DNA of 32,000 nt from an uncultured archaeon (GCA_964354495.1 CAYHAA010000002.1:120001-152000); one strand, 5' to 3'. Numbered from the stretch's first letter, positions 17,628 through 26,663 are shown. Numbers and translations are program-made. Notes: generated by a model from the sequence alone, not told the origin.

Positions 17628-18479
17628 TCATCCATTGATTACTTTGATGTCATCATCACTTCTTGACCCGAAACCGATTTCCACTGCGCGTTTGATCTGA
17701 GGGATACTCCATGCATCCATCTTTAGTTTGTTATCACCATTGCAGCATTGGATCGTACGGACCCCTTCAACATCTATGGCTACCATATCGCCGCTTGCCA
17801 GGATCAGATTCGGAGTAGAACATGTGCCTGACGCAGGACCACCAGTAATGAAGCAGGTTCTTGCATCCATCACAACCAAGTCAGGTTTGAAATACGATGC
17901 GATATCTGCAATCTTCGGCTCTAGGTCATGCATGTGCATTTTAATCCGTTCTGAAGGCTTCAACCAACCCACGAATAGCTTCATGCTCCCTGTGTATCTA
18001 GCCAGGAAATGGGTCTTGAGGCAGGGCGCAAGAACCGTCTTCCCACGGTCCAATAGAGGTCTTCCGATTGAACCACTCCTCATGTATTTCCCCTTCGGAA
18101 AATCCACCTTGACCCAATCATGCTCATCGAGGAAAATCAACTCTGCATCCAGTTCTTGGGCAATCTCTGTTAGACCCATCGATTCGGCTACTTCACGCGT
18201 GGAGAGCCGCATCATTGAACTATCGATGATCTTGACTTTTCCAGCTCCAGCCTCCAGAATCAGTTCGCCAAGTGCTTTTATGAATTGGGGGTCGCTTGAG
18301 GCAGGATAGGGGTCTGCTGTGTTAAGATTCGGTTTGATGGTTGCAGTATCATCCCTGCTAATGACCTTCTCAAATCCACCAATCAACCTCACAGCTTCTT
18401 CGATAGTGTGCTTTAGGTCTCCAGAGAATGGAATCTTACTTACAAGATACCGGCCGTCAGCCATATACGGTGAATTCAC
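17628..18479 (-). CDS. DUF362 domain protein (putative Fe-S protein)
   Basis: IKPNL, DPQFIKAL, LKTH...TGSMKLFVG and D(MV)AID motifs. An alternative start is ATG 18464. Confidence 0.85.
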   Translation of the reverse strand: MNSPYMADGRYLVSKIPFSGDLKHTIEEAVRLIGGFEKVISRDDTATIKPNLNTADPYPASSDPQFIKALGELILEAGAGKVKIIDSSMMRLSTREVAESMGLTEIAQELDAELIFLDEHDWVKVDFPKGKYMRSGSIGRPLLDRGKTVLAPCLKTHFLARYTGSMKLFVGWLKPSERIKMHMHDLEPKIADIASYFKPDLVVMDARTCFITGGPASGTCSTPNLILASGDMVAIDVEGVRTIQCCNGDNKLKMDAWSIPQIKRAVEIGFGSRSDDDIKVING

Positions 18480-18622
18480 TATGATTCCTCTTCTGCCATA
18501 TAGATCTCGAGTATGAAATGCTTTACTGTAGAGCTCAGCGCTTCTCCGATTCTCCGCAATATCAATAAGGCTAGCAAGAAATCAGAATGGCAGCGTAGCA
18601 GAATCATTAGAGAGGGTTTCTC

Positions 18623-19336
18623 ATGGCCAAAGAAAGCGGCTACTCGTTTGGATTACTGATTCCGATTGCTGTCCTACTTATCGTAATGTTTGGAATTGGT
18701 GAAAGATGGCTACTGGTTCCGATTGCCATCCTATTGCTCATCTTCATTGGGGATTTCTTCGAGACCAGCCAAATCAAGAAACGAGAAGAACAGGTCCACC
18801 ACTGGAAAGTTCAGGAACCTGCTGCAGACACGTTAGGATACACGCCAGACCAATCCACCACTGAAGCAAAACCCATCTATGACCAGAAGAAACAGAAGGA
18901 TCAAGGGGTGACATGCGGAACACTGGTTCCAACCATTATTGTGGGATGGCTATACTGGGAGTCGCGGTCTTGGGTGTTCCTCATTCCGCTCCTCTTCCTA
19001 GTCATCGGGCTGATTGAGAGTCTATTGAGTAGTGTGAGGGGGAAATCAAGAATTAGAGAGGAAATAGAGAGAGAGAAGGTAGGGACAGTGTCGGATCTAT
19101 CAGACAAGACTGGTCTGCCTGAGGAGAGGATACGGCAGCATATAGTGACTGAAAAGAGAAGCGGCTCAACAGACATTTGGTTTGATCCATCATCCGGGGA
19201 AATCACTCATTCACCAGTTCGTGCAGCTGATGAGCGAGTCAGGTCGTCAGTTGGCTGCTCATATTGCGGATTTGCTCTGAGGCCTGAAGATAGGTACTGC
19301 CCCTTCTGTGGCGCGCCAATCAAGGTCACTGAATGA
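18623..19336 (+). CDS. Membrane protein with two hydrophobic hairpins, a winged-helix-like region and a C-terminal zinc ribbon
   Basis: Two similar hydrophobic blocks, VSDLSDKTGLPEERIRQHI (HTH-like) and CSYC...CPFC. Confidence 0.75.
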   Translation: MAKESGYSFGLLIPIAVLLIVMFGIGERWLLVPIAILLLIFIGDFFETSQIKKREEQVHHWKVQEPAADTLGYTPDQSTTEAKPIYDQKKQKDQGVTCGTLVPTIIVGWLYWESRSWVFLIPLLFLVIGLIESLLSSVRGKSRIREEIEREKVGTVSDLSDKTGLPEERIRQHIVTEKRSGSTDIWFDPSSGEITHSPVRAADERVRSSVGCSYCGFALRPEDRYCPFCGAPIKVTE

Positions 19337-19421
19337 GTCTTCCTTCTGCCATTCGATTGGATTCTTTGTCAAAGGAAGCACAAAAGAACAGGTTAATATC
19401 TTCTTAATTATTGTTAATAGT

Positions 19422-20351
19422 ATGTTTCTAGAACTTGAAAAAAGATTAGTTGAAGTGGTCCAGCGAGTTGTTCCATGTGTCGTAAGTGTTTCAACAACAC
19501 ACCTGGCACGAACGCATCTTTCAAACATAGTCCCTGTTCAGGGTCAGGGCTCAGGTGTCATCCTGTCGAATAGGGGTTTTGTTGTTACCAACGCTCATGT
19601 TGTGGAAGGAGCCCGAGATGTGGAAGTGACTCTCCATCAGGGACAGACTTACAAGGCGGTCGTCGTTGGAGAATCTAAGACGAGAGACCTTGCCATCCTA
19701 AAGATTGATGCAGAAGGACTCGTTCCAATAGAGATGGGAAACTCGAGTTCCCTCAAAGTCGGTCAATTTGCCATCGCCATTGGGAATCCGCTTGGTCTCG
19801 GTTCCTCTGTGACTCTAGGGCTGGTCAGTGCAGTAGATAGGACCATTCAGGGCGAGAGCTCATTCCTAGAGGGCCTGATTCAGACTTCAGCCCAGATCAA
19901 TCCAGGCAACAGTGGCGGCGCCCTTGTGGACTCTGACGGAAAGCTCATCGGAGTTCCGACTGCTATGATTCCATGGAGCCAAGGTATAGGCTTTGCCATT
20001 GGAGTAGATGCCCTAAAGGATGTCTTCGACGAACTCATAGAGACTGGCACCGTAAGAACTCCCTGGATGGGCATTGTTGGCGTCACATTGAACAAAGGGA
20101 TAGCATCTCACTATGGACTAGCAATGGACAAAGGAGCACTATTACTAGAGGTACCGAAAGGGCCATCGCGTGCTGCAGGTCTTCGACCAGGCGACGTCAT
20201 TATCGCTATCGATGAAGGAGAAATAAACGGCATGGAAGACCTCAGAAAAAAAGTCCTGCGAGGCAAGCTTGGTCAGAAACTCCGAGTGAGATTGTCCAGG
20301 GAACATGACGTACTCGAAACATATGTTGAATTGATATCAGCTCCCCAGTGA
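19422..20351 (+). CDS. htrA: HtrA/DegP-family serine protease with one PDZ domain
   Basis: GSGVI, TNAHVV (His), RDLAILK (Asp), INPGNSGGAL (Ser) and PWMGIVG...GLRPGDVII (PDZ). Start moved to ATG 19422 because the 19308 start overlaps the upstream gene. Confidence 0.93.
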   Translation: MFLELEKRLVEVVQRVVPCVVSVSTTHLARTHLSNIVPVQGQGSGVILSNRGFVVTNAHVVEGARDVEVTLHQGQTYKAVVVGESKTRDLAILKIDAEGLVPIEMGNSSSLKVGQFAIAIGNPLGLGSSVTLGLVSAVDRTIQGESSFLEGLIQTSAQINPGNSGGALVDSDGKLIGVPTAMIPWSQGIGFAIGVDALKDVFDELIETGTVRTPWMGIVGVTLNKGIASHYGLAMDKGALLLEVPKGPSRAAGLRPGDVIIAIDEGEINGMEDLRKKVLRGKLGQKLRVRLSREHDVLETYVELISAPQ

Positions 20352-20352
20352 A

Positions 20353-21258
20353 TCAGAAGCCAATCAAGACAAGTACGACTCCGAGAAGTGCTGCCGTGAT
20401 TCCGATCACTGCGAGTGGAGTCAGGTTCTCTTTGAGGATTAGTACTGATACGGGTATTGCGAAGAGAGGAGCTGTTGACGAGATGACAGACATAATTGTA
20501 GCACCCACTGAAGCGACTGCGGTAACGAAGAGAAGCGAGCCTACACCCATTCCGAAGAAACCTGCAATACTGACCAAGGCGACAGCCTTGCTTGTTGGCT
20601 TTGTCATCCCCTGATGCTTGGCAACCGCAAACAAAGGGATGAATGCAATGGAGCCAAAGAGTACTCGTACAAGATTGCCGCCGATGGGATCAACGCCTTC
20701 AATACCAACCTGCAGAGCAATTATTCCTACTGCATATAGGACTGATGTCAGTAAGGCACCAGCAATTCCCCACAGGTCGAACCTACGCGGTGCATCATCG
20801 TCCTTTCCTTTTCTATTCTGCTCATTCGACAGTAGAATAACACCGAGAACAGCAATGATTACTCCAGCAAGTCTTGAGAGGATCGGGGGCTCGCCAAGAA
20901 AAACGATGGTGAGAAAGTAAGTGATGATAGGAAAAGACATAGCAATAGGGAATGCATAAGAAACCCCAATTCGTTCTTGGCTCCAGAGATATACTGTGTC
21001 TCCAATCACCGCACCCAATATGGCAGAGGTGGCCAGAAGGGCTATTGCCACGAGCGGGAGGAATACAGAGTCAATACCAGGCAGGAGAATCACCATGAGA
21101 GCCATGAGGGGCAATGCAACCCACATCTTGATCGAACTTGCAGCAACCGGTCCAATCTCTCTGGCCTGAGAGCGATAGACAACCACTGACAATCCGTAGA
21201 GGGCTGTTCCTAGGAGACCTATCAAGCTGCCAATAAGAAACTCTGGGGTGACCTGCAT
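20353..21258 (-). CDS. EamA/DMT-family transporter (paralogue 1)
   Basis: About 10 TM in two repeats, with GDTVYLWSQERIGVSYAFPI and PLFAIPVSVLILKE motifs. Confidence 0.9.
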   Translation of the reverse strand: MQVTPEFLIGSLIGLLGTALYGLSVVVYRSQAREIGPVAASSIKMWVALPLMALMVILLPGIDSVFLPLVAIALLATSAILGAVIGDTVYLWSQERIGVSYAFPIAMSFPIITYFLTIVFLGEPPILSRLAGVIIAVLGVILLSNEQNRKGKDDDAPRRFDLWGIAGALLTSVLYAVGIIALQVGIEGVDPIGGNLVRVLFGSIAFIPLFAVAKHQGMTKPTSKAVALVSIAGFFGMGVGSLLFVTAVASVGATIMSVISSTAPLFAIPVSVLILKENLTPLAVIGITAALLGVVLVLIGF

Positions 21259-21394
21259 GAAGACCCGCGGGAGGTATCCTACCCTAATATTCTATCGGAA
21301 GGACCCAGAGAAGCGGTTGCAGTCACTCTGTTTGGCGTATGTGATAAAGTACTTATAGAAACTCACAATCCCCGAGCAACAGGTGTTTACGCAT

Positions 21395-21526
21395 GCTCAC
21401 AGGACTTAAGCGGGACTAACACCCGAGCGCGGACTCCTTCTCACTCGGGTCTGACCGAATCCGAGCGAATCTGCTGAGCTAGTCAAACACTAGCATTCTC
21501 ACCCGCCATCGGGGGAGGTTATACCA
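21395..21526 (+). promoter_or_regulatory. Candidate structured 5' leader with alternative pairings over the SD of the ABC operon
   Basis: Hairpins 21421-27/21444-50 and 21478-83/21489-94, long-range 21410-14/21502-06, and an SD-covering hairpin at 21497-21518. Function is inferred. Confidence 0.4.
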
Positions 21527-22519
21527 TTGAATCAGAATGCTGTAGAGATACGAGACCTTTCGAAGACATTCATCAGCGTCAGAAGACGGGCGATAGTCAT
21601 CCCCGTTGAAAAGACGAAAGCAGATGCATTAAGGTCAATCACAATGGACATTCCGAAAGGTCAGACCTACGGCCTCTTAGGGCCAAACGGGGCAGGGAAA
21701 ACGACACTCATAAAATGCCTCGCGACTCTCGTGCTGCCAAGTTCAGGAACCGCCAGAGTGAACGGCTATGATGTTCTCAAGGAGTCCACATATGCCAGAG
21801 CATCAATGGGCGTATGCCAAGGTAATGAACGATCAATCTATTGGAAACTGAGCGCGCGAGAGAATTTGATTTTCTTCGCCAAGCTGTATCGAATGTCACA
21901 AAGCGAGGCAAGGGAGAGAGCTGACGAGCTTCTGGGAAGAATGGGATTGCTTGATAGGGCTGACGAGAAGACTGAGAACTTGTCACATGGCATGCGGATG
22001 AAAATAGTATTCGCCAGAGCGCTATTGCATGACCCTCCAATCTTGCTACTCGACGAACCGACTCAGGGGCTGGACCCGACTTTCGCTGCAGATCTTCGCA
22101 GGTTCATCAAGGAACAACTCAGGGATAGGACCATACTGCTGACGACACACTATATGCACGAAGCAGATATGCTATGCGACAAGATTGCACTCATAGATGA
22201 GGGGGAACTCAAGAGCTTCGGTACTCCGAAAGAACTCAAAGAAGAGGTAAGGGACTATGATAGTCTGCACATGAAGCTCGTGGGGACGCCTGATATCGAG
22301 ACGATCAAAGGTATGGACACGGTGATGTCAGCCTCTTATAGTACCCGAAACGGACACTCAGAGCTCGTTGTGACTGCCCAGGACGGCTACGAGCTTGCCT
22401 ACCAGCTTCTTTCACTCATGCACAACACACCAGGAGTCAGGGTCGAGCATTTCGAGGTCAAAGAACCAACACTAGATGACGTATTCATGAAACTAACCGG
22501 CAGGAGGATTGAGGATTGA
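21527..22519 (+). CDS. ABC-2/DrrA-type exporter ATP-binding subunit
   Basis: Walker A GPNGAGKTT, signature LSHGM, Walker B ILLLDEPT, H-loop LLTTH and C-terminal EPTLDDVFMKLTG. TTG start with GGGGGAGG SD. Confidence 0.95.
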   Translation: MNQNAVEIRDLSKTFISVRRRAIVIPVEKTKADALRSITMDIPKGQTYGLLGPNGAGKTTLIKCLATLVLPSSGTARVNGYDVLKESTYARASMGVCQGNERSIYWKLSARENLIFFAKLYRMSQSEARERADELLGRMGLLDRADEKTENLSHGMRMKIVFARALLHDPPILLLDEPTQGLDPTFAADLRRFIKEQLRDRTILLTTHYMHEADMLCDKIALIDEGELKSFGTPKELKEEVRDYDSLHMKLVGTPDIETIKGMDTVMSASYSTRNGHSELVVTAQDGYELAYQLLSLMHNTPGVRVEHFEVKEPTLDDVFMKLTGRRIED

Positions 22520-23415
22520 CGCTAGCCGAAGACGCTACTCCTGAGGTTGAGAGAATCAAGACACCGTATCTCTCAACTTTCAAACCCAGATTGATGGATT
22601 GGAGCGCAGCTAAGGTCTTCGCTCTAAAGAACCTCAGGATTGCGATACGCTATCCGACCAATTTCCTGATATGGGGAATCCTCCCGCTGCTGTGGTATGC
22701 ACCCTATATCCTCATGATGATAGCAATTGCAGGGCCAGGTACAAGTCAGTCATTCACAGAGCTGTCGGGCTTCGATGACTTCATCACATTCTCAATCATC
22801 GCAGTCTTCGTCTATCAGTATGTTGACAAGAGCATCTGGTCAGTCGGAAACAACTTCCGCTGGGAGCAATTCTCAGGCACTCTTGAGCCACTCTTCGTGA
22901 CTCCAGTGCCGCGAATCAGTATCCTAGTGGGAGCAGCGTTCTCAGACACCCTACAATGCACGTTCTCGGCAACGGTCCTACTGGTGATCTCCTCGTTGCT
23001 TTTCGGAGTGAGCTACGCAATCACAATGGTATCTCCCATAGTAGTGATGCTGACCATGATGGTCTTCGCCCTCTACGGATTCAGCTTCACGATTGCTGGT
23101 CTTATCCTCGTGTTTAAGGATCCAAGTGTGCTGACGGAGTTGATATCGAACATCACGTATGTCCTTTCACCAATAACGTACCCATTACAGGCATTACCAG
23201 CCGCAGCCAGATATGCTGCAATACTTGTCCCATCCACGATTGCCATCGTAACCATCCGTGAACTGGCAATCACAGGCCTCTTTCAACCCCTCTCATTCCT
23301 TCAAGCCTTTGTGTCTATGCTTGGCCTAGTGATAGGTTTCTGGGTGCTAGGCGTGCTGGCGTTCAGGTGGGGAGAGAAATGGACAAAGGAGAAAGGAAGT
23401 ATGGGAGGTTTCTGA
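22516..23415 (+). CDS. ABC-2 type permease
   Basis: About 6 TM with WEQFSGTLEPLFVTP motif. TTGA start/stop overlap with the ATPase. Confidence 0.9.
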   Translation: MTLAEDATPEVERIKTPYLSTFKPRLMDWSAAKVFALKNLRIAIRYPTNFLIWGILPLLWYAPYILMMIAIAGPGTSQSFTELSGFDDFITFSIIAVFVYQYVDKSIWSVGNNFRWEQFSGTLEPLFVTPVPRISILVGAAFSDTLQCTFSATVLLVISSLLFGVSYAITMVSPIVVMLTMMVFALYGFSFTIAGLILVFKDPSVLTELISNITYVLSPITYPLQALPAAARYAAILVPSTIAIVTIRELAITGLFQPLSFLQAFVSMLGLVIGFWVLGVLAFRWGEKWTKEKGSMGGF

Positions 23416-23416
23416 C

Positions 23417-24292
23417 ATGAAGCACGAGGAGACCGAGTCGTTTCGAAGAATGTGGGCTCGTGCGGGCATTAGAGCTGAAGCCAAGGCTGCCTGGGCCATC
23501 TCGGTCAACATATGGAAGATAGAGCTGAGTTACCCACTAAGCGTGCTCTGGTTCATTGTCATGCCCTTTCTATGGTTCATCCCTATGCTTATCACGGGAT
23601 CCGCTGTCGCGGGAGGAACTGAGTCCGAAGTACTCAACGACCTCGTAGGTACAAGGGACTGGGTGACCTACATCGCTGTAGGGACGTCCATCGTTGGTCT
23701 GACAATCAGCATCATGTGGGGGACTGGATTCTCGCTCAGGAGAGAGCAAAACTCTGGGACGCTGGAGACGCTCATGAGTACGCCCATGGGAAGAAGCACG
23801 CTCGTCTGGGGCTCGATGCTCCACAATCTGCAACACGGTGGTCTCGGAGTCATTCTGCAACTCAGTGCGGCAGTCATATTTTTCGGAGTCACAATTAACG
23901 CGTGGGGCATATTTCCAGCGTTGGGCATCATTGCGCTCGCAGTCATCGGTCTACAGGGTGTTGCCTTTGCGGTTACGTGCATCGTCCTGCTGGCGAAACA
24001 GGGTTGGATGATTGTCGAGTTCATCTCAAGCGGGCTACTCCTTATAGCACCGATGTCGTATCCACTCTCCGTGCTGCCGCCAGTACTGCAGTATGTTGGG
24101 ATGGCATCGCCCTTGACGTGGAGCGTTGAGGGATTCAGAGGCTTCTTGATGAACGGCCTAGCATATCAGGGCGTTGTTCAAGCTGTAGTTACGCTAATCG
24201 TTCTCGACGTGATCTTCTTTGCCTTTGGTGCCTTGATGTTCAAGTACACGGAGCGCTATGTCAGAGCGAAAGGAGCACTTGAGCAGTTCTGA
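23417..24292 (+). CDS. ABC-2 type permease (second)
   Basis: About 6 TM with REQNSGTLETLMSTP, and YPLSVLP...SPLTW motifs. Starts 1 nt after the previous stop. Confidence 0.9.
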   Translation: MKHEETESFRRMWARAGIRAEAKAAWAISVNIWKIELSYPLSVLWFIVMPFLWFIPMLITGSAVAGGTESEVLNDLVGTRDWVTYIAVGTSIVGLTISIMWGTGFSLRREQNSGTLETLMSTPMGRSTLVWGSMLHNLQHGGLGVILQLSAAVIFFGVTINAWGIFPALGIIALAVIGLQGVAFAVTCIVLLAKQGWMIVEFISSGLLLIAPMSYPLSVLPPVLQYVGMASPLTWSVEGFRGFLMNGLAYQGVVQAVVTLIVLDVIFFAFGALMFKYTERYVRAKGALEQF

Positions 24293-24425
24293 GGATAAGA
24301 TGATATTAATCAGGCGACCCGGGTGACCACATGCCATCCAAGCTATTTCTCCTGCACCAGGGTGATGACTTAATAGATGAACGGACTCATAGTGTTATTA
24401 GGTAGGAATCTCGCGATAGGCACAT

Positions 24426-25340
24426 ATGCAGATCACTTCAGAAACCTATCTCATCGGTATCATTCTGGCAGTGGTAGCTACAATCTTCTTCTCCGTCACG
24501 AATGTCATCTACAAGAGAATGAGCGATGAGATCAGCGTCATGGATATCATGGTTTCTCGAATGTGGGTAAGTCTGCCTGTTTCCTACTTCTTTGCTGTGA
24601 TTGCGGCTGGGTCGTACCGAATCGTGATTCCATTGCAGGCGATGTTCCCCCTAGCATTCTCAATGATCATTGGTATTGTAATTGGGGATGCAATGTATTT
24701 CCTCAGCCAAGAACGCATTGGCGTTACACGAGCTTTTCCAATATCAATGAGCTATCCTCTTATGGTGTATGCTTTGACAGCGTATTTCCTGGGAGAACCA
24801 ATAATTCCACAGAGAGTACTTGGAACCTTTGTTGTAGTAGCGGGAGTAGGTCTGGTCGCCAGAACAGCAAAGAAAGAGAACTCAGAGGAATCGCCAAGAT
24901 GGGATAGACATGATATGAGGATAGGTCTCCTCCTAGCATTTCTCACTCTCGTTGCATGGGCGCTAAGTGACGCGATCTTCCAATTCGGTCTCATTGGAGT
25001 GGGAGCTGCTGAAGCGAACTTCTTCCGAACGCTCTTTGCATCTGCTGCGCTTGTTCCTTTCTTCATATTCTCCCTACGAAACAACAGAGCTCTTCCTGCC
25101 AAAAGGACTATTGTCTATGCTACTCTAACGGGGTTAGTCGGGATGAGTTTCGCAATTCTTGCTGGGAGTTATGCAGTAAAATTCCTGGGCGCCACAGTCG
25201 CTTCGATAATAATCGCATCCGGACCTGCCCTAACATTGCCGCTCTCTGTGTTCTTTCTGGGCGAGATAGCAAATAGGAGTGTCTTGACTGGCACAACATT
25301 GACGATTATGGGAGTCATACTTGTAACTGCAATATTCTGA
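24426..25340 (+). CDS. EamA/DMT-family transporter (paralogue 2)
   Basis: About 10 TM with GDAMYFLSQERIGVTRAFPI. Clearly related to 20353..21258. Confidence 0.9.
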   Translation: MQITSETYLIGIILAVVATIFFSVTNVIYKRMSDEISVMDIMVSRMWVSLPVSYFFAVIAAGSYRIVIPLQAMFPLAFSMIIGIVIGDAMYFLSQERIGVTRAFPISMSYPLMVYALTAYFLGEPIIPQRVLGTFVVVAGVGLVARTAKKENSEESPRWDRHDMRIGLLLAFLTLVAWALSDAIFQFGLIGVGAAEANFFRTLFASAALVPFFIFSLRNNRALPAKRTIVYATLTGLVGMSFAILAGSYAVKFLGATVASIIIASGPALTLPLSVFFLGEIANRSVLTGTTLTIMGVILVTAIF

Positions 25341-25556
25341 AAGAACCAGTGAATAGGGCGTTCCAGGTTCTCTCAAGTTCATATGCGGTTCATGCAGAAT
25401 CTAGCATATTGTTGAGAATCACCGAGACATTGTGCTAGCTAGACTGGTATGTGGAAGCTCTTTTAGTTCAGAGAACGAAGCTCAGAACGTATTTGAATAA
25501 TACCAGCTAGGAGTGGAGCTCTTATTCTACAAGGTTCGATCGGGGGACTTGTTTCA

Positions 25557-26663
25557 TTGGCAATAGCACTGATTATCATGGCATGTTGCGGCCTGGGCGC
25601 GCTTGGTCAGGCACCTGCAAAAGCACAACAAGAAGGGTCGTACCAAGCTGAGTCGGCCAAGAGGGATAGACCACAGTCAACTTCGAAGGAAAAGAGCCAA
25701 CAGACTGCTACACTACTAGAGAAGTGGATCACATGGTCGGGAGAAGGATTGAGGCCCGGGTATACACCACCGATGCTACCTGTGATGCAGGAGACAAAAC
25801 CAATTCCTGGCTTGGCTCGCTCATTAGAAGTGCATAGGTCATACTCACAGCCTGAAGAGCAGCCTGTGAAGGCAGTGCGCGGAGGAGAATTCATTGGCAA
25901 CCGGATGCGATACAAGGTCAAGGTGTTGAATGAGTCCAGGTATACCATAACAGATGTGAGGGTCTTCCTCATCTCGTACCCAACCGAGTCTCTGAAACTG
26001 GTAAGCCAAGATGACGATGCATACTACACAAAGATCGAACCGGGAGGTTTTCGAAGTCCCTCATTCGACTTTCTGCCAACGCATGACTGCGTTCAGGGGG
26101 AGATCAGTGCAGGAGTGTCATATGTCGACATGACGGGTCAACCGCACACGCTAGCAACCAAGCCATTTGTCATTCGCTCAGTCTGTGACCTCCTGATACC
26201 AGATCAGATAGAACCAAAGGAGTTCGCACTCAGGCTTAAAAGTCTTGAGTGTGGTGAGATTGTCGTGAAGGTCACTGACTGGACACCTGAAGAGATGTAC
26301 GAAAAGGCACTGCGCATTGTTGAGGACGCGAATTTCTACGAAGTGGATAGCCGCACAGAAACCAAGGATGGCGTCATCCATGCGAAAATCAGTGGACTCG
26401 CCAAGGGGAAATACACCGGCAAGAGCGTCGCAGTGGAGCTGCATATTACTGGGCCTTCTAGCAAGAAGGGAGCTAGCTGCAAGATTAAGGTGTCAGGCGA
26501 AGACCAAGCAATGATACTGCCTGCGATAGACGACCTGCGTGAGCGTCTTAACGCTTGGCTATGCCCCATGTGTTCAAGCCCATTGACCCTTGAAAACGTC
26601 CAAGACCTGAAGGCAGGCAAGGCTGTGGTGTGTCCCTTCTGCAGTGTTTCGATAGGACGATAG
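25557..26663 (+). CDS. Probable N-terminally membrane-anchored protein with adaptin/gamma-COP appendage-like (Ig + platform) domains and a C-terminal zinc ribbon
   Basis: Hydrophobic N-terminus, low-complexity linker, beta-sandwich (RMRYKVKVLN...VSYVD), alpha/beta platform-like region and CPMC...CPFC. The frame is open upstream to 25497, so the start is uncertain. The CDS is well supported; the fold call is by eye. Confidence 0.6.
   Translation: MAIALIIMACCGLGALGQAPAKAQQEGSYQAESAKRDRPQSTSKEKSQQTATLLEKWITWSGEGLRPGYTPPMLPVMQETKPIPGLARSLEVHRSYSQPEEQPVKAVRGGEFIGNRMRYKVKVLNESRYTITDVRVFLISYPTESLKLVSQDDDAYYTKIEPGGFRSPSFDFLPTHDCVQGEISAGVSYVDMTGQPHTLATKPFVIRSVCDLLIPDQIEPKEFALRLKSLECGEIVVKVTDWTPEEMYEKALRIVEDANFYEVDSRTETKDGVIHAKISGLAKGKYTGKSVAVELHITGPSSKKGASCKIKVSGEDQAMILPAIDDLRERLNAWLCPMCSSPLTLENVQDLKAGKAVVCPFCSVSIGR

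Noticed and set aside
17728-18309. 193-aa plus-strand ORF; similarly long antisense ORFs such as 26336..26860, 9408..9788 and 5526..5912
   Set aside because: They lie antisense within well-supported genes, have Ser/Arg/Pro-biased composition typical of shadow frames, and show no motifs.
19308-19421. Longer 347-aa start for HtrA
   Set aside because: It overlaps the zinc-ribbon end of the upstream gene and spans an AT-rich promoter-like stretch. ATG 19422 fits the domain boundary.
21410-21508. tRNA-like look: begins GCGGG, ends CCCGCCA, contains a 5-bp stem with a 7-nt loop
   Set aside because: Only 5 bp of acceptor-type pairing, the loop is TCAAACA rather than TTCRANY, extra unpaired nucleotides separate the T-like arm from the acceptor strand, and there is no proper D or anticodon arm on either strand. 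Kept as a leader candidate instead.
21979-21999. ABC signature LSHGM instead of LSGGQ
   Set aside because: Variation at this position is common in DrrA-type exporter ATPases, and Walker A/B and the H-loop are intact.
24362-24368. GTGATGA, a C-box consensus, in the intergenic region
   Set aside because: No CTGA D/D' box at suitable spacing downstream, so no C/D sRNA can be supported.
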